NCBI GenBank assembly: GCA_051362555.1
Contig: CM120641.1
Span: forward strand, 5,332,001-5,396,000
DNA: 64,000 nt
Reading direction: 5' to 3'
Source: Lingula anatina
Lineage: Eukaryota > Animalia > Brachiopoda
Shown here: piece by piece, positions 1 through 13,900 of the stretch
Numbering within the stretch: position 1 is the stretch's first letter
How the letters are laid out: every line of letters begins with the position of its first letter
Position numbers and translations under genes: made by a program
Notes under the pieces: model-generated
The model's database searches: none
What the model was told of the DNA's origin: nothing
What the model saw: only the letters and a program-made list of their open reading frames with translations

Positions 1-1046
1 ACTTGAGGTTGTACATTGATTAACAAGTCAACAGCCTACAGCAATATTGTAATGACTACATATACAATTGACTTTAGGAAGTGGATATGATCCCTAAGCA
101 CTCCCTTACATAAGTGAGTGAAGAGTTCACCTTGATAATGATTCAGCTTACACTAAAAAATAAACTCTTACGTAAGTATAAAGCAGATATATATATCTGG
201 CTCATATCAGCTTGTGCATGACTGCCTGTGTGCTCAGTGCATCAGATACCAACCCTCTTGTGCCTTGAACATATTCTACTAGTATGGTCCATGCTTTAAT
301 CACTTAAAGTTATCCATCACCCAAGTTCGTAAAAGCCCACTAAAGCCACTAAGCCTTTCTAGTGCTGTGTGCGCATGGCATAATCACTCCAATGTATGGA
401 TGTAACTGCATGTGCACAAATACCAGAACAATCTGGGGAGTATCAGTTGAAACAATGCTGTTTGCTTTGCATATTCATCCAATTATTGACCTCTACTGGC
501 TCTTGCAGTACGTGACATCGATCCTTATATTCATACAGTAGTAAGATGCTGAGAATTATTGTGAGCTGATGTTTTTGTGTCTCTGTATCACGTAAAAGTC
601 TGTCAGGTCAAAACAATGTTTGTTATTCAAATCCTTTGTTTCTTCATTGTAAGGTGTTGGTCTGCTAATAAGTTACTGCAAGTAAGTCAGTAGCAGAGCA
701 AGTCCTTAGGCAAATCCTTCACCAAGAAAGATAAGTTTAGCTGCTTGCAAGGCGTATCAATCAAAGTCGTTCAAATAGTCAAATTTTAATTATTTATACA
801 AAGAGCACATATAAGAGACAATAAAAAAAGAGTGCAAACGCATGAAATTTCGTGCTAACTGAAGCAGAGCATGTAAGGCCGAAAATAGTTATAATTAAGC
901 CGGTCAAAGGTCCCTTGTAGGAAATTTTTTAACGAATGTAATTTTTAAAATTGTTTTTGGAATACAGTCAGCTCACATGTCAGAGACATAGTTCATAATG
1001 TTTCATGATATCTAACATATATTTTTGGTTTAAATGAGGTACTTAC

Positions 1047-1142
1047 CTGACCATTTTGAACTGTTACTGCCACGGTTTCTTCGGCATTTTTACTTTCTCT
1101 ATTCTGCTCCTCTTCCTTCTCGGCCATTCCGCTTGTTGACAT
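1047..1142 (-). CDS. First coding exon of an unidentified gene running off the left edge (MSTSGMAEKEEEQNRESKNAEETVAVTVQNGQ)
   Basis: In-frame ATGs at 1142 and 1127, open frame to a strong CAG|GTAAGT donor at 1047/1046, CpG-richer region upstream. No family recognisable. Confidence 0.6.
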
Positions 1143-2108
1143 CACATGACTGATGACCTATTTCGGAAATGAGAGCACGTGTAAACCTGTGCTTGGTTCC
1201 TAATAACAGCCTGTACTCAAGAGGCCAGATGATTATTTCTGAAGCACCATTCAAAATATAACCTCACATTAGGAGAGGTAAAACGTATTTTGGTTGCGCA
1301 GGAATAAAATAGAGTAAAGACCACCATGACCTCAGCAAAATATCAAACTGAATATAAAATCTAAATTACAGCAAATATGAACGTTACGTTCCTAACTTCG
1401 GTTTGCTCTACGCTCACAAACACGGTTCATTAGAACCACTTGCGTACTCTATGATGGTAAACGTAAAATGAGTAATTCGACTATGTAGCATTAGGGTAAG
1501 CCACTTTCTTCTTTGAGACCTCGTTGATCCCAGCTGTCTCGTGTATGTGACGTGCGTGTTAATTGTGTGCGTTGGCCGGTGTGCATTTGTGCTATACTTA
1601 TGATTATCATTACTTTTATTTTTAAAAACAAGTTCGACTGTTCACACTGCTATAAAGTGCTAGATATTGCTATGGAAATAACTCCAGACAGAATATATCT
1701 GATATTATCTCAGAGTCAAGATCTGTCAAGGGAACAAATCTACCAGTTTACAGTGACGCTACGGGGGCGTCTCGATAGTCCGAAGGTTCATTGGTCCGAA
1801 GGTTCATTGGTCCGAAAATTCGTAAATTTTTCATCAGATTTTCATCAAAAAGGTTCATTGGTCCGAAGGTTCATTAGTCCGAAAATTAAAGGTCCATTGG
1901 TCCGAAGGTTCATTAGTCCGAAGGTTCGATAGTCCGAAGGTTCATTAGTCCGAAGGTTCGATAGTCCGAAACATTTTAAGATGTTCTTCGATTTTAAGAA
2001 TTATAATTACAAACGGAATCTAAGGGTGCGTTCCCAACGAAACTATCATTCTACGTAGATTGATCCAACTCCACCAGGATTCTCACTGTAGCCTGCAATC
2101 AGATTAGC

Positions 2109-2273
2109 CAGGGGCGGATTTAGGCCGTCTTCTGGGTCTTCCAGAAGACGGTCAGATTTTCAAGTTAATATTGACGGGTATCTATCTTTTTCTGTCGGAA
2201 GACGGTCAAAAATGGATGGATCCACAAAGATAATTTGGAAGACTGTCAGAAAATATCTCTGGATCCGCCCCTG
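2109..2273. mobile_element. MITE with CAGGGGCGGAT TIRs nested in the foldback element
   Basis: TIR CAGGGGCGGAT..ATCCGCCCCTG; 5-bp TSD TTAGC (2104-2108, 2274-2278); diverged inverted copy at 20631-20801. Confidence 0.8.
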
Positions 2274-2699
2274 TTAGCAATCCTGGAGCTGCTAGGGGGT
2301 GATTAACTTTCGTGTGAACTCAGCTTCTAGAATCTTTATCATTTCGTTTTGAGTGCGACCGAAACGCACGTGAAAATTATCCATATAGGTCGTATTGTTT
2401 CCGTGAACTACTCTTTACAATGTGGGGAAGTTTGGGGATATGCAATGGCTACCCTTTCCAACTCATGAACACCATACATGTTTCACATGAAATATTGAAT
2501 AAAGATTGGAACGCATAAAATGAGAGGACGCCTATAATGACATTTTCTTACGATGTCTTAAGATACTATGATTAGAATTCAAATTCTTCTAACCTACACA
2601 TTTCTTAAATTATGTAAAAGTTATAGAATAATTGCATTTCCAAACAAACTATGTTGTTGTTCGCACAGCCCACTCCCCTCCCCTCCCCCCCCCCCCCCC

Positions 2700-2735
<36 letters not shown>

Positions 2736-3020
2736 AGCCGTTCCGCCAGCAGTATTGTAGGCCTATTACTCATAGGGATGAGGATGAATTAACTGGAGTG
2801 TAAACTTGGCATATAAACAAAAATTACGAGCATTTACGAAAACAAGCTTTTCCCTTACTAGGCCTTTAAACATAAAAATTGTATCAGAATACAATGCTCA
2901 AATATCCACAAATAGTAATACATATTTAATTCCACCCCCTCTTCCCCAGCAATACTGAAGGTGCTGAAACGTTTATAATCTGAATAGAAATGTGGCAACG
3001 CCATATCAACCCGGTGGGCC

Positions 3021-3023
3021 TAT

Positions 3024-3066
<43 letters not shown>

Positions 3067-3068
3067 TT
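3021..3068. repeat. (ATTT)n microsatellite
   Basis: Perfect tetranucleotide run. Confidence 0.9.
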
Positions 3069-3489
3069 AAACGTAAAATACAAGTGAGAAGGCAGTTTGA
3101 ACATGTTGAAATATTCTAAAACAGTTAAACTTCTAATCTGATGAACAACATCAAAAATGCTGTCTTTGTAACAAATTCATTTAAACGAAGAAAAACGTAC
3201 TCTGCAAAAAGTAGATACACTTGTGACTCGTGAGAAAATTTCCATTTGATTTTACAAAATAAACCTTTGCAGTTAAATATCGTCAACTTCCAATCCCATG
3301 AAAAACATCAAGATCTGTTTTTTCTTTTCTTTTTTTTTTTTTTTTTGTAACTAATGTAATATGCTAGTATTGACGTTATTTTTGCCCGTGCAGACCTAAC
3401 TTTTAAAACCTCTACCAGGGCGACTGATAGATTTTTTACAGATATTCACAGATGTGTCTCTAGATAAATAGGTGGTCATTTTGAGACAC

Positions 3490-3593
3490 CAACAATTTTC
3501 GGGGCCCTTTAGCGGGCCCCAGATCCTACGCCAAGGGGGGTGGGGGCTTTGCAACCGCGGACCCCCCTTCAAATAATCTTGGATCCGCCCCTG
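3490..3593 (-). mobile_element. Partial copy of a CAGGGG(C/T)GGATCC MITE family
   Basis: Reverse complement matches the left part of the element at 8576-8827 (CAGGGGTGGATCCAGGATTATTTGAAGGGGGG..). Confidence 0.65.
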
Positions 3594-5625
3594 TACATGT
3601 AATTCACTATACACTTATACAGCGGGCCTACATTCGGACTATCGAACCTTCGGACTATCGAACCTTCGGACTAATGAACCTTCGGACCAATGAACCTTCG
3701 GACTATCGAACCTTCGGACCAATGAACCTTCAATGCACATTCGGACCATTGAACCTTCGGACTATTGAACCTTCGGACTATCGCTACGGCCCCGATGCTA
3801 CAGATGTGACATCACAAATTTATGTGGCACAACCAGTAGCAATGATTCTACGAACACGGGCGTGTATTTTGCCTTTCATTACACTAGGACCCACCAATAG
3901 GGCCCTAGCTTAAAGCAATAAGGAAAGAATCAACAGTATTTTGATTTCCTCGAGAGGGCCCGTTTTGAAAAAAAAATATATATATATATACAGTCTCAAC
4001 TGAAAAAAGTGAAAAGGATTAAAGATGCCCAAAACTGCAAAAACTCATATGTAACTAATATAATTTTCCTGAGGTAAACTATATCCAGACACTCCCCATA
4101 ACACAGCAACAACCTGGGAAAATTAAAAACACTTTACCCACACTTAAGCATGCATGTTTTTTTCAGTCTACCATCGTTTTGAGCACCTTTGCAAAACTCC
4201 AGATGTTTGATAGGTGGACTGCTAGCTTGTCTAGAGTGGTATAATTAAGATCTACATGTACTTTGTGTTTTAACTATGGCAGTATATGCACATATCATTT
4301 TGATGAACACAGATTTCAGTTAACCTAGCTACTATTTGGTGAAAGAAGGGGGAAAAATTTACCACATTTACCTATTTTATAGGGTTACCACCCCATTTTG
4401 AACTTGAAAGTCATTTTGAACCATAGCTGAAAAGAAAAAAAATGGAGGTCATTCCAAGTCATCTAGCTGTAATGTTTTACAAAAATATACCAAGAACCTC
4501 GTAAAGTGATTCAAAACAGTTGGCCAACCCTAACTCCCTAGTTATTTTTGAAAGATAAATCTTTTGGGGATAGCAGTATTACAAAGTTATTGCTTTTTCC
4601 ATTCTGAGGGTCCATTATTAGTTTATCCTTTTCCTTCAATCACCCTGCAAGGCCAGATGAATACCGCAGGCAGTACAAATAACCTGCTTGCATGTGTATT
4701 GTAGGCCTTCAAGCACCCAGAACCAGGTATATATGATAAATGAATACATTCAATAAAGAGTGTAGTCATAGATTGTGAAACATGCAAAGTTTTTTGCTTT
4801 CATTTGAGTCATAATATCATTTTTCATAATGGACATGACCAGAAAAATTCTTGCATGTTATGATTCATTTAGAGAAAAATGACATTTAATGCAAAGCAAC
4901 AAATGCTTAATTGTATTTATATATATGGATGTTTACTTTTTCAAAATGTTAAATAAATAAATAAACAAAGAAAAGTAAAGAAAAGGAAAAAATTCCCCCT
5001 TGAAACAATTTTTCAAGTCAGAAAGAGGATAAATGATGATCTGCATGCAAAAACCAACATAACAGAATTCCTAAATAGCTGTGAGTAACAAAACCATTCT
5101 GAGTATCACTGGAATTTGTTTTTATTGAATCACATGCCCAAACTTGGTTATCTTGCAGTGTGATTGTAATGAAACATTGTATTATCTCTGAATTTAGTAT
5201 TCGCCCATTTTGCATGCCTATACTTGGTTATCTGGTAATGTTTTGAATTGTGAAACATACCTGGAATTACACTTACCTGGGTGATTTGACATGTGATTTA
5301 TGGGGATTTATACTGTTTATAGTACAATGTACATATAAGGCTAAATAATGGATCAAGAAATTTGAAATATTCTGGGGGTTTCTGCAGTTTATGTCTAGGT
5401 AGTATATGCATGACTAACACAGTCCACTGTCTCTATTTGTAAACCCAAGTAAAGCAGAAAATGCATCAATTTTTTGGCAACATGCTTATCTTCATAAACA
5501 GAATTAGGTGTATAAATGCTTAATCTTTGTGTCTGTTGAGCAGTTAGATTGGATTTGTATGGAGTAGTAAGACCTGTATGACCTATGTTGGTCCAGATTT
5601 TCAAATTTCACATGCATTGTTCTTT

Positions 5626-6413
5626 GTAAAAGAAGGTGCCACTTTGCTAAATAAAATAAATATACCCAGATTTCAAAGAAATTCTGAAAAAATTTGTGAA
5701 TATTCCCTACCAGATCCTGTGTTCATTGCTTATGCCATTGAATAAAAGTAATTATAACTAGAGTATTCACAACTAAAACAGATACATCCATGGCTACCAT
5801 TTAACTTGAATGAGCTTAATCTTTCTTTGTATTGGCTGACATGACATGGAGCCGGCTGCAGCCAGCAGACTAGATGGGTCATGACTTAAACCATGTGTAC
5901 CACCAGCTCTCAAGCTCGTTGTACAAAAGTGCGCAAATGCCTATAACTTTCTCCTTGTACTCTTTTTTTTATATTTGTTGGCTTACTTGTTAAGACACCA
6001 TTAATAAACAATTAACCAGGCCACTTAGCAAAAAGAAAAGAAAACAGTTTTGTGGTTGTTTACTTGTAGTTAGCTTGGTCCAAATTATTCAGCAAATGGG
6101 CATAAAGGCTGGCCCAGTTTCCAGATTCCAGGCACCTTTGTCATGATAAAAGAAGATGCCACTTTTTTCCATTAAAATAAAAAAAACAAAAATGAAACAA
6201 TATGTATGTTTCAAAGAAATTCTGATAGATTAGTGAGTATAATGTTCAACCAGAAATTGTGTGCATTGCTTAAGCAAATATATAAAAGTAATTTTATCAA
6301 CTTGCAAGTATGCAGAAACCCTTTCTTGATGTTTTATTACTAGTAAAGACACCATAAATAAACAGCCAGGTCATTGAGCAAAAAAGAAAAACAGTTTTGT
6401 TGTTGTTTACTTG
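5626..6413. repeat. Diverged local tandem duplication (~5626-6066 vs ~6147-6413)
   Basis: Shared blocks AAAAGAAG(G/A)TGCCACTTT, TTTCAAAGAAATTCTGA and AAGAAAACAGTTTTGT(G/T)GTTGTTTACTTG in the same order. Confidence 0.7.
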
Positions 6414-7496
6414 AAGGTAACTGCCATCATGTCTATCTAACATTACACAGGTATAGTTTGTTGTAAGAAGAATGGGACCTAAATTTCAGGATAAACAGGT
6501 GATTTCAAGGACTTATTAAAAACCATAGCTAATATTTAATAATGTTTTTTTTTTAATTTTTTTAATGATAGACTTCTAAATCTGTGTGCTTTATTTTTAA
6601 GAAAACACATTTTTTGGTATGTGGATGATGATTGTGTACATTTCAGAAAACAAATGAAAAATAAAAATCTAGACAAATTGTGAAACACTGGTTTTTGTAA
6701 TCAGACTTGGGTAAATAGTATGTTAAATTGTCACTGGCGTAAGAGTCTAATAGGCCCATACAAACTGAGATGCTATTGAAGAAAAAAGTTTTAAAAAGTG
6801 TCTGAAAGTACATAAAATCCCATAGTTGTCTTCAAACCCCACAATTTCTGTAATGTACCCATGGGTTAACCACTGTGCCTGTGATTCAACAAAAAAACAG
6901 TTTAATTAAGTCTAAGTTAGTTTGTGCTAGATGTATACGTAATTGATACAAGTTTACATGTTGTAATTTGGATGAGGTCCATGCGCACCCCACATTTGTG
7001 TGTGGTGAGACAGGATCGAGGGTTCAAGATGACTGTGCCAAAACTGAAAACAATTTCCATAAAAATTTCCATAAAAACAAAAGGTATGAATGGTTTAACA
7101 GAATGTTCATTCTTTTGATACCATTTAACTGCATTAGAATCAGTTAAGTTTCAGTCATTAATCACATGTACCTTTTTTCACTCCATGTATTGTTTTGAAA
7201 TTGTTGTCCTGAAGGTTAATAATACTTCATCACATTCTTCTCTGAAAAAAATTGTAAATCTTTGAAAAAAACATATTGTTTATTGCAATTTCCTTAACAT
7301 TTACTGTTTAAAAAACCATGAATGTCGGCATTTTTCTTTGATAGACCCAGTTGTGGTGACGTAGTTAATGTACTTTACCATACCTTTAAAACATGACATC
7401 ATGCTAGGGAATGTCACATGGTAAAAAAAAAAAAAAAAAAAGGAGAGCATTTTCGTACAGCTTATCTCAGTTGCAGTTGAATCGGCCTGGGTTGGG

Positions 7497-7702
7497 TATA
7501 TAAGGGTTGGATGCCCTGGGCAACCTTATTCTGCAACAAGAACTCACAGTCATGCATCAGAGCTTCTAAATGAGATTCCTTGTGTAAAAATCAGCATAAG
7601 TTAAATGAGCATCTATTTAATTTTTTAGTGGAAGGATATAGATTTCGTCATCATTTAATTCTCAAAGGGGTGAAAGAAAAAGGTGCTTTTTAGAGATTTA
7701 GT
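7497..7702 (+). promoter_or_regulatory. Putative TATA promoter and non-coding first exon of SLC26A11-like gene 1
   Basis: TATATAAG at 7497-7504; GTAAGT donor at 7703; acceptor at 7885 just upstream of the start codon. Confidence 0.45.
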
Positions 7703-7912
7703 GTAAGTATAGTGTTTTCTTTCTATGCAATTCATTTATTTTTCATCGTTTATTTATAAAATTGCATATGCACTTTTCATTATACAAAACATCAGTTTTC
7801 ATAACCACTGTCATATAATTTTAAGTGCTACAAAAACATAGGATGAAGAATCCTATTTACATCATTGGTAATCTATTTTACTTAGATTGTTGAAGACAGA
7901 GCTTGGAGAATT

Positions 7913-10900
7913 ATGTCTGTACCAAACCCAGTCACAAAATGCTGCAAAAATTGTTGGACCGTGAAGAACTGGAAGAAGAAACTTCCCATTATAACATGGA
8001 TACCCAAGTACAGGTAAGTATGGGCAGCGTTTTTTACATTCATTCATCATCATTCACTCATCCAAAGTATCTGATCTATGGAAATAAGAAACATTGCTGT
8101 TACAGTATTCAGCACAAACCAAAATTTACTATCAGTGATTTGCAATGGAATATTTTAGAGTTAGTATTCATCATTGTTTTTATTTTATTTTCTGTATTTC
8201 TATGTTATGAACAGTATTTCTATCTAAAGGTACATTGCCACCCGCTCTCTCTGGTGTATAAATTAAAGTGCAATAAACTTTTCTTCTTTTTATTGTCATC
8301 ATGGAAGGCCTCACATAGGTTTCACAGTGAACAAAATCAACAATTGTTATGTAATTTGTTTTTTTCTCATTGCTTGGCAACCCACACTTGTATCAGTATA
8401 CCCCTGTATGTGTGTTGTGATCAATCTAAATGGTAGATTTTAGATATTTGGTATTAAAATGATAATCTCTGTTATTTTAATTTAGAAATTTTAAAATCAC
8501 AAACAAACAAGACTCAGCAATGTCTTTTTTAAATGCTGCTTATCAAGTATAATATTGAGGGAAATTGTATGAAAACAGGGGTGGATCCAGGATTATTTGA
8601 AGGGGGGTCTGCAGATGCAAAGCCAACCCCCTTGGCGTGGGGTTCAGGCCCAATGAAGGGCCACGAAAAATTTTGGCATTTTAGAGGGTGAAGGGAGCCG
8701 TTTGGTACGTTTTAATACTAAGATTCAGCAAGTAAAAACTCTAATTTCAAGAGAGGACCATTGGTGTGTTTTCAGAAATTGGAGGGGGGGTCTGGACCCC
8801 CCTGACACCCCCCTAAATCCGCCACTGTGATATTGCTAATAACAAATAAGATTGAAATTGAAGGCCCCAGTTGGCTACCCATTAAGTTGTATCATCTTTC
8901 TTGTTTCGGCAGTACATTTTTATATCAGATGCCAAAGTTAAATTCTAGATTTGCCTACATTCTAGTTTTTCAAATAAGCAGAAGTCATGCTTTTTATATT
9001 ATCAATGATATTATCAAACCTGAAATCAATGTTTATAATGGTTAGAATGATTGTCATTGCATAAAGTTGGTTATAACTCCTGAAATTTAAGTGCCTTGAA
9101 TTTCCTTTCAGGCATTATTCAGATGTTGACTTAAACATTGTTGTATTGGCATTTATTGTGATTAAGTCATACAAAAAGACTGCAATAAAAATCTCAACCA
9201 GGAATATCTTCAGGCCAAAGCATTTGATGCATTGAATATTGCCAGCCAATTTGTTTGCATGAAACACTGAAGCTAACCACAAAGCAGAATTAGTCAGTGA
9301 CACAATGAACTTCTTATATTCTGGGCCGGATTTGTATTTGTAATGCTTATATACACGTAACACTTTATTACTTTGTGCATGGTTAACATTCTAAGCTCTT
9401 AGCTCTATGTGCATAGAATTGTTTGTCTCTTAAGTACCCTTTTTTTTGCTTCCATTCAGCAACTGCACAGAAAAAAACTTTGAAAGACTTCAATAGCAAT
9501 TGCTTTGTTTTGAAGTCTTTTTTATGAATTGATAAAAAATTAGCTATTTCATGCCATTTCATCAAAGATGATGATATTTTTCCAGTGATTGGTGATAATT
9601 TTATTGTATTTTTGCATGATCAAATTAATAATGTAATCCTTTTCATAATATGCTTTGTGGGACAAAACAAATTATTGGATAAAAATTGCATAGCAACATA
9701 TTCCAATGTCATTTTGTGTTTTAACTTGGAAACCAAATTATTAGAATATTTTAAGGACCATAACCAATGGAATAGTTGAGATTTTTGATATTATCAAGAT
9801 AGCACACTTAGTACAAGATTTCTGAGATAAACTTGAAAGTATGCAATAATTCATTATAAATGGGAGACTGAAATCAGAAAGCCTTTGCCAGGTAACCTTG
9901 GTATAGTGATTTTGACAAAGAAGGTGTCAGCTTGGAATGTATCACCTGCCATTTGAACCAAACTCACAGCAAATAAACATGTAACTATATACGTGAATCA
10001 TTTAAAACTTAAGTTGCAGAGGAAGACAAAATCTCAAGAATTTGACTAGTCTGTAGGTTGACTTATTATGAAATAGTTTTTCTGATCTCTATGTCTGAAA
10101 GCATTCCTTTCCTAAAATGCAATCTATCTGATTAAGGGACTTTGCTATTAAAATGCAAACTATATTTTGGTAAATAGAAATATTCTCATTAAGTAATTAA
10201 AATGGAATGTGAGACATATCTAAAAGACTCAGTAATTGTGTTTCTTTATAAACTGCTCACTTTGTGCAGAAAAAAAAACATACTGTTAAAATATGAAGCT
10301 CAAGTAGCAGTCTTTTAACTTAGTTTCATTGAAACATGTAGCATTTTATTATTATTGCAATGTTCTTATCGTTTTATTTACAACTTTTAACTCACTGGGA
10401 TGCAATCTTAATAAAATATTATTATTATCATTATTAAATATATTTTTAGGCTTCCACATCTCCAGGGTGACTTGATTGCAGGCTTTACAGTTGGTCTGAC
10501 AGTATTGCCCCAAGCTTTGGCATATGCCCAACTGGCGGAACTTCCTGTGGAGGTAACTTTATTTCTCATTATTTCCTGGTCTTTCACTTTGTTTATTACT
10601 TTCTTTTATCCATACTTAATTTATTCAGTCATTTATTTCATGTTCTTGGAATTCTTGAAAACAATTTCACTTGTCTCACAAAATTGAACTGTCACCTCAT
10701 CAGTACATTCTGTATAAGCAGGCAAGGCAAGTTTTTTTTTTTTTTGAATTGATTAATGGGTGATTCAAGATGAAAAAAGTCTGTGATTACAAGCACTCTT
10801 ATTTGACATGCAAACGTGGTTTATGTTTTTATCATACCTTTAAAATAAACATCTATCATATTTTGTTGTAGTTTGGTCTGTACACTGCAATGATTGGAGG

Positions 10901-13900
10901 TTTTGTCTACTGTATTCTGGGGACTTCCAAAGATGCAGCTTTAGGTCCAGCAGCAGTGGTGTCGTTGTTAACAGCTTCTTTTGCCACGACCAGAGCACCT
11001 GTTAAACATGATGCAACTTATGCCATTATCCTAACTTTCTTTGCTGGAATAGTGCAGCTACTGTTGGGCATACTTAACATGGGTTAGTCATATCAAGTTG
11101 TGTTTCCAATCAGGCTGGGTCAACCTGGCTCTATGATGCTGTCTGTTTACAGATTACTGCATTCAAAACAGTCACTATTTATCCATGACATCACCACTGT
11201 CGCTGTTTAACACACCTTTTGTTCACATCATACCTGTCAGATAATATATATATATTTTTTTGTAAAAAGGCAGGTTATTTTTTAAAAATCAGCATGATAT
11301 GATATCTAGTGCAAGTACAAAAGTTATAGTTTTTTTTTGGTGTTTTCTTATGTTTTGATGATGTTTACCCAATAAGTACCAAACTGTTTTTTTTTCATTT
11401 ACTTTAAATTTGCTGATTGGTTTTGTTTAATGAAGGGCAAACTTTTTTATAAAAGTTTTTAATTAATTTTTTTAAATTAATTGTTGCAATTTTTTTTCCT
11501 ATTTGATATCTTTACATTTACAATCTTTCCTGTCTAGTTGTAGTTAAAAATAAATTATTCATGCACTGTCTGTGGTTTTTCAGGTTTTGTTGTGAACTTT
11601 GTGTCATTGCCAGTGATAAGTGGCTTCACCTCAGCAGCAGCTGTCACTATTGCACAGTCACAGTTGAAGGTAAATAAAATTGAAGATCAAATAATTCTCT
11701 GTGTAAAATTGTATGTTAATATTTGTAAATTTGTGTGTTAATATTCGTCTGTGTAAATTTGCATGTAAATATGTAGTAGTATGTAGATATAAGGTAAGAA
11801 GGAAATTATTTTTTAAATGTAAAATCATTCAGTATTATACCCAGGCAACAAAATATTTATATTTTAAGTAATTTCATTAATACTATATGCTTCTGATACA
11901 TTAAATTAAATATTACTTTAATTAAATATTACTGATTACTAATATGTATTATTTTTTCAGAAATTGTTTGGGTTGAAAAATGTGGACCGTGAATTCTTCC
12001 CAGGGCTGATTGATATCTTTGAAGATATACATTCTACTAAGTAAGATCTAAAAAAATTAATTTGTCATAATACTTTGCATTTTATACTAATAGAAAAAGT
12101 TATGAATAGAGACAAATTTAAACTACACTACTACTTATCTAAGATCAATCTCCTTCTATTTGAACAATGAACAAAAACAACATTTTATATACCTGTGCTT
12201 AGCTACACAGCAATTGTCAGGTGTAGTATCCAACTAAAATGATTTATCTCTCCAAGCTCATCATTTTTGTGTTTTCAGTATTTATGATTTGATTCTTGGT
12301 ATATCCTGCATCGTCATATTGACTCTTCTGAAGGTGAGATTTTGGGATAAAAAAGTTTTGGAAGCAGCGAGAGCAACAAAGATTAAAATTTGATGAATGT
12401 TTCACTTTAGTTTTTGTGTACATAATGTTCTTTATGCTTAAAAGCCCATTTGAATATATATAGATAAATGTTTGAGAGTTTTAGAAAATCATTTTTTGAA
12501 TATTTTACTGCCCATTTTTAAATGACTGAATAACATAATGTTTTTGCCACTTTTTAAGATATGGTATCATTTGAATTGCATTGATCATACATTTGCAGCA
12601 ATTGAAGGTTCTGAAATTCAAAGGAGAAGACGATGGCACAATTACTAAGAAGAAATCGGCATTGAAGAAAGCATTATGGTTTATTGGAACATGTAAATGA
12701 ACACTATTTCCTAATATTTATAAAAAACCCACCTGCCAAAATATAAAAGTTATTCTCCAAAATATGCTTTTCATGATTTTTGATTTACATTTTGACAAAA
12801 GATATGTATTTGAATTTTGTGATCCAACTTAATTTGAATAGTATTACTAACAGTAAATAAGCCCATTGTAATTATAAATAAAACATTACATTTCCCCCAA
12901 CTTTCCAGCTCGTAATGCCATTGTTGTGATCACTTGTTCTGGGATGGCCTATGGACTGATGGCACATGGGATTAATGTGATAACCATCACTGGAGAGTTG
13001 AAATCTGGACTACCACCCTTTAAGTTCCCTAATACCACTTTGGAAATTCCCAGTCAGAATCGCACTGTTTCATTTGGAGCAATATGTGCAGTGAGTATCT
13101 GTTTTATTTCTTTGTCATTTGCCTTTAGTCAAATATTTCTGATTGTTTAAAGATTTGGTTGATAAATGTACTAGTATTTTAAGACAAAAAAAAATCTGTT
13201 GGTAAAATTGGATGTATTTTTGTCACTTTGTTCTAATCTAGATTATGAAGATTATATAGCATCAATATTATCAAATCTTGATTATTATTGTCTTCTGTAA
13301 GATTATTGTGGTAATAATTTTTAATTTTAACAGGACATAGGTGCTGGTTTCATTGTTGTTCCTTTGGTTGCTGTACTTGAGATTATTGCAATTGGAAAAG
13401 CCTTCTGTAAGTTCTTTTGAAAATTGTCTTTGATATTTGAAAATGCAAATTTTTCTTTTATATTTCTCCTAAAACACCATCTTGCATAAAATAGTAAAGT
13501 TTTTTCAAAATATGATTTAGATTCTAAGCATCATGTCTTTGAATTTTTTTAGCTGTATATATATACAACTGAACACTATTTAAAAGTTGAAATACTGCTC
13601 ATTATTTTAATCTAGGTTGATTAAGAAATCATAAGTTGAGATTCATAAACAATAGGTGCATCCATATGCAAAAGAAATATTGGTATTATAAACAATAAAT
13701 AATAAGTAACATTTTATTTTACAGCCAGGCAGAACAATTACAGGATTGATCCCAGTCAAGAATTCATAGCTACAGGTAAATGAAAGAACTCATCAACCGA
13801 TAGTAAGTTAATGCATTGAAAGCTTTGAGTTAATCTAAGTCTATCTCGTTGAAATGAGGTTTACCGTTTCCTTGTAAAACATCAAGTGAAAACTACACAC

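Larger units (their letters stand above)
1762..3794. mobile_element. ~2-kb non-autonomous foldback-type DNA element with inverted arrays of a 16-bp subrepeat
   Basis: Left end CGGGGGCGTCTCGATAGTCCGAA; right end reverse-complements to CGGGGCCGTAGCGATAGTCCGAA. Arrays of GGTTCATTAGTCCGAA/GGTTCGATAGTCCGAA at ~1772-1970 and inverted at ~3633-3783. Flanks ACGCTA (1756-1761) and ATGCTA (3795-3800) form a 6-bp TSD with one CpG-type mismatch. Confidence 0.8.

Noticed and set aside
1552-1932. ORFs 1552-1932 and 3674-3913
   Set aside because: They are translations of the 16-bp repeat arrays, not genes.
2568-2792. Low-complexity ORFs with poly-P/K/F or CV/HT runs (also 29131-29514, 48633-48860, 59371-59791, 60702-60933)
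   Set aside because: Artefacts of homopolymers and microsatellites.
1772-3783. 16-bp repeat arrays as a CRISPR array
   Set aside because: Units are mostly contiguous without unique spacers, form inverted arms of a TSD-flanked element, and the context is eukaryotic with no cas genes.
7903-8436. 177-aa ORF
   Set aside because: Wrong frame over the real first coding exon (ATG 7913) and runs on into intron.
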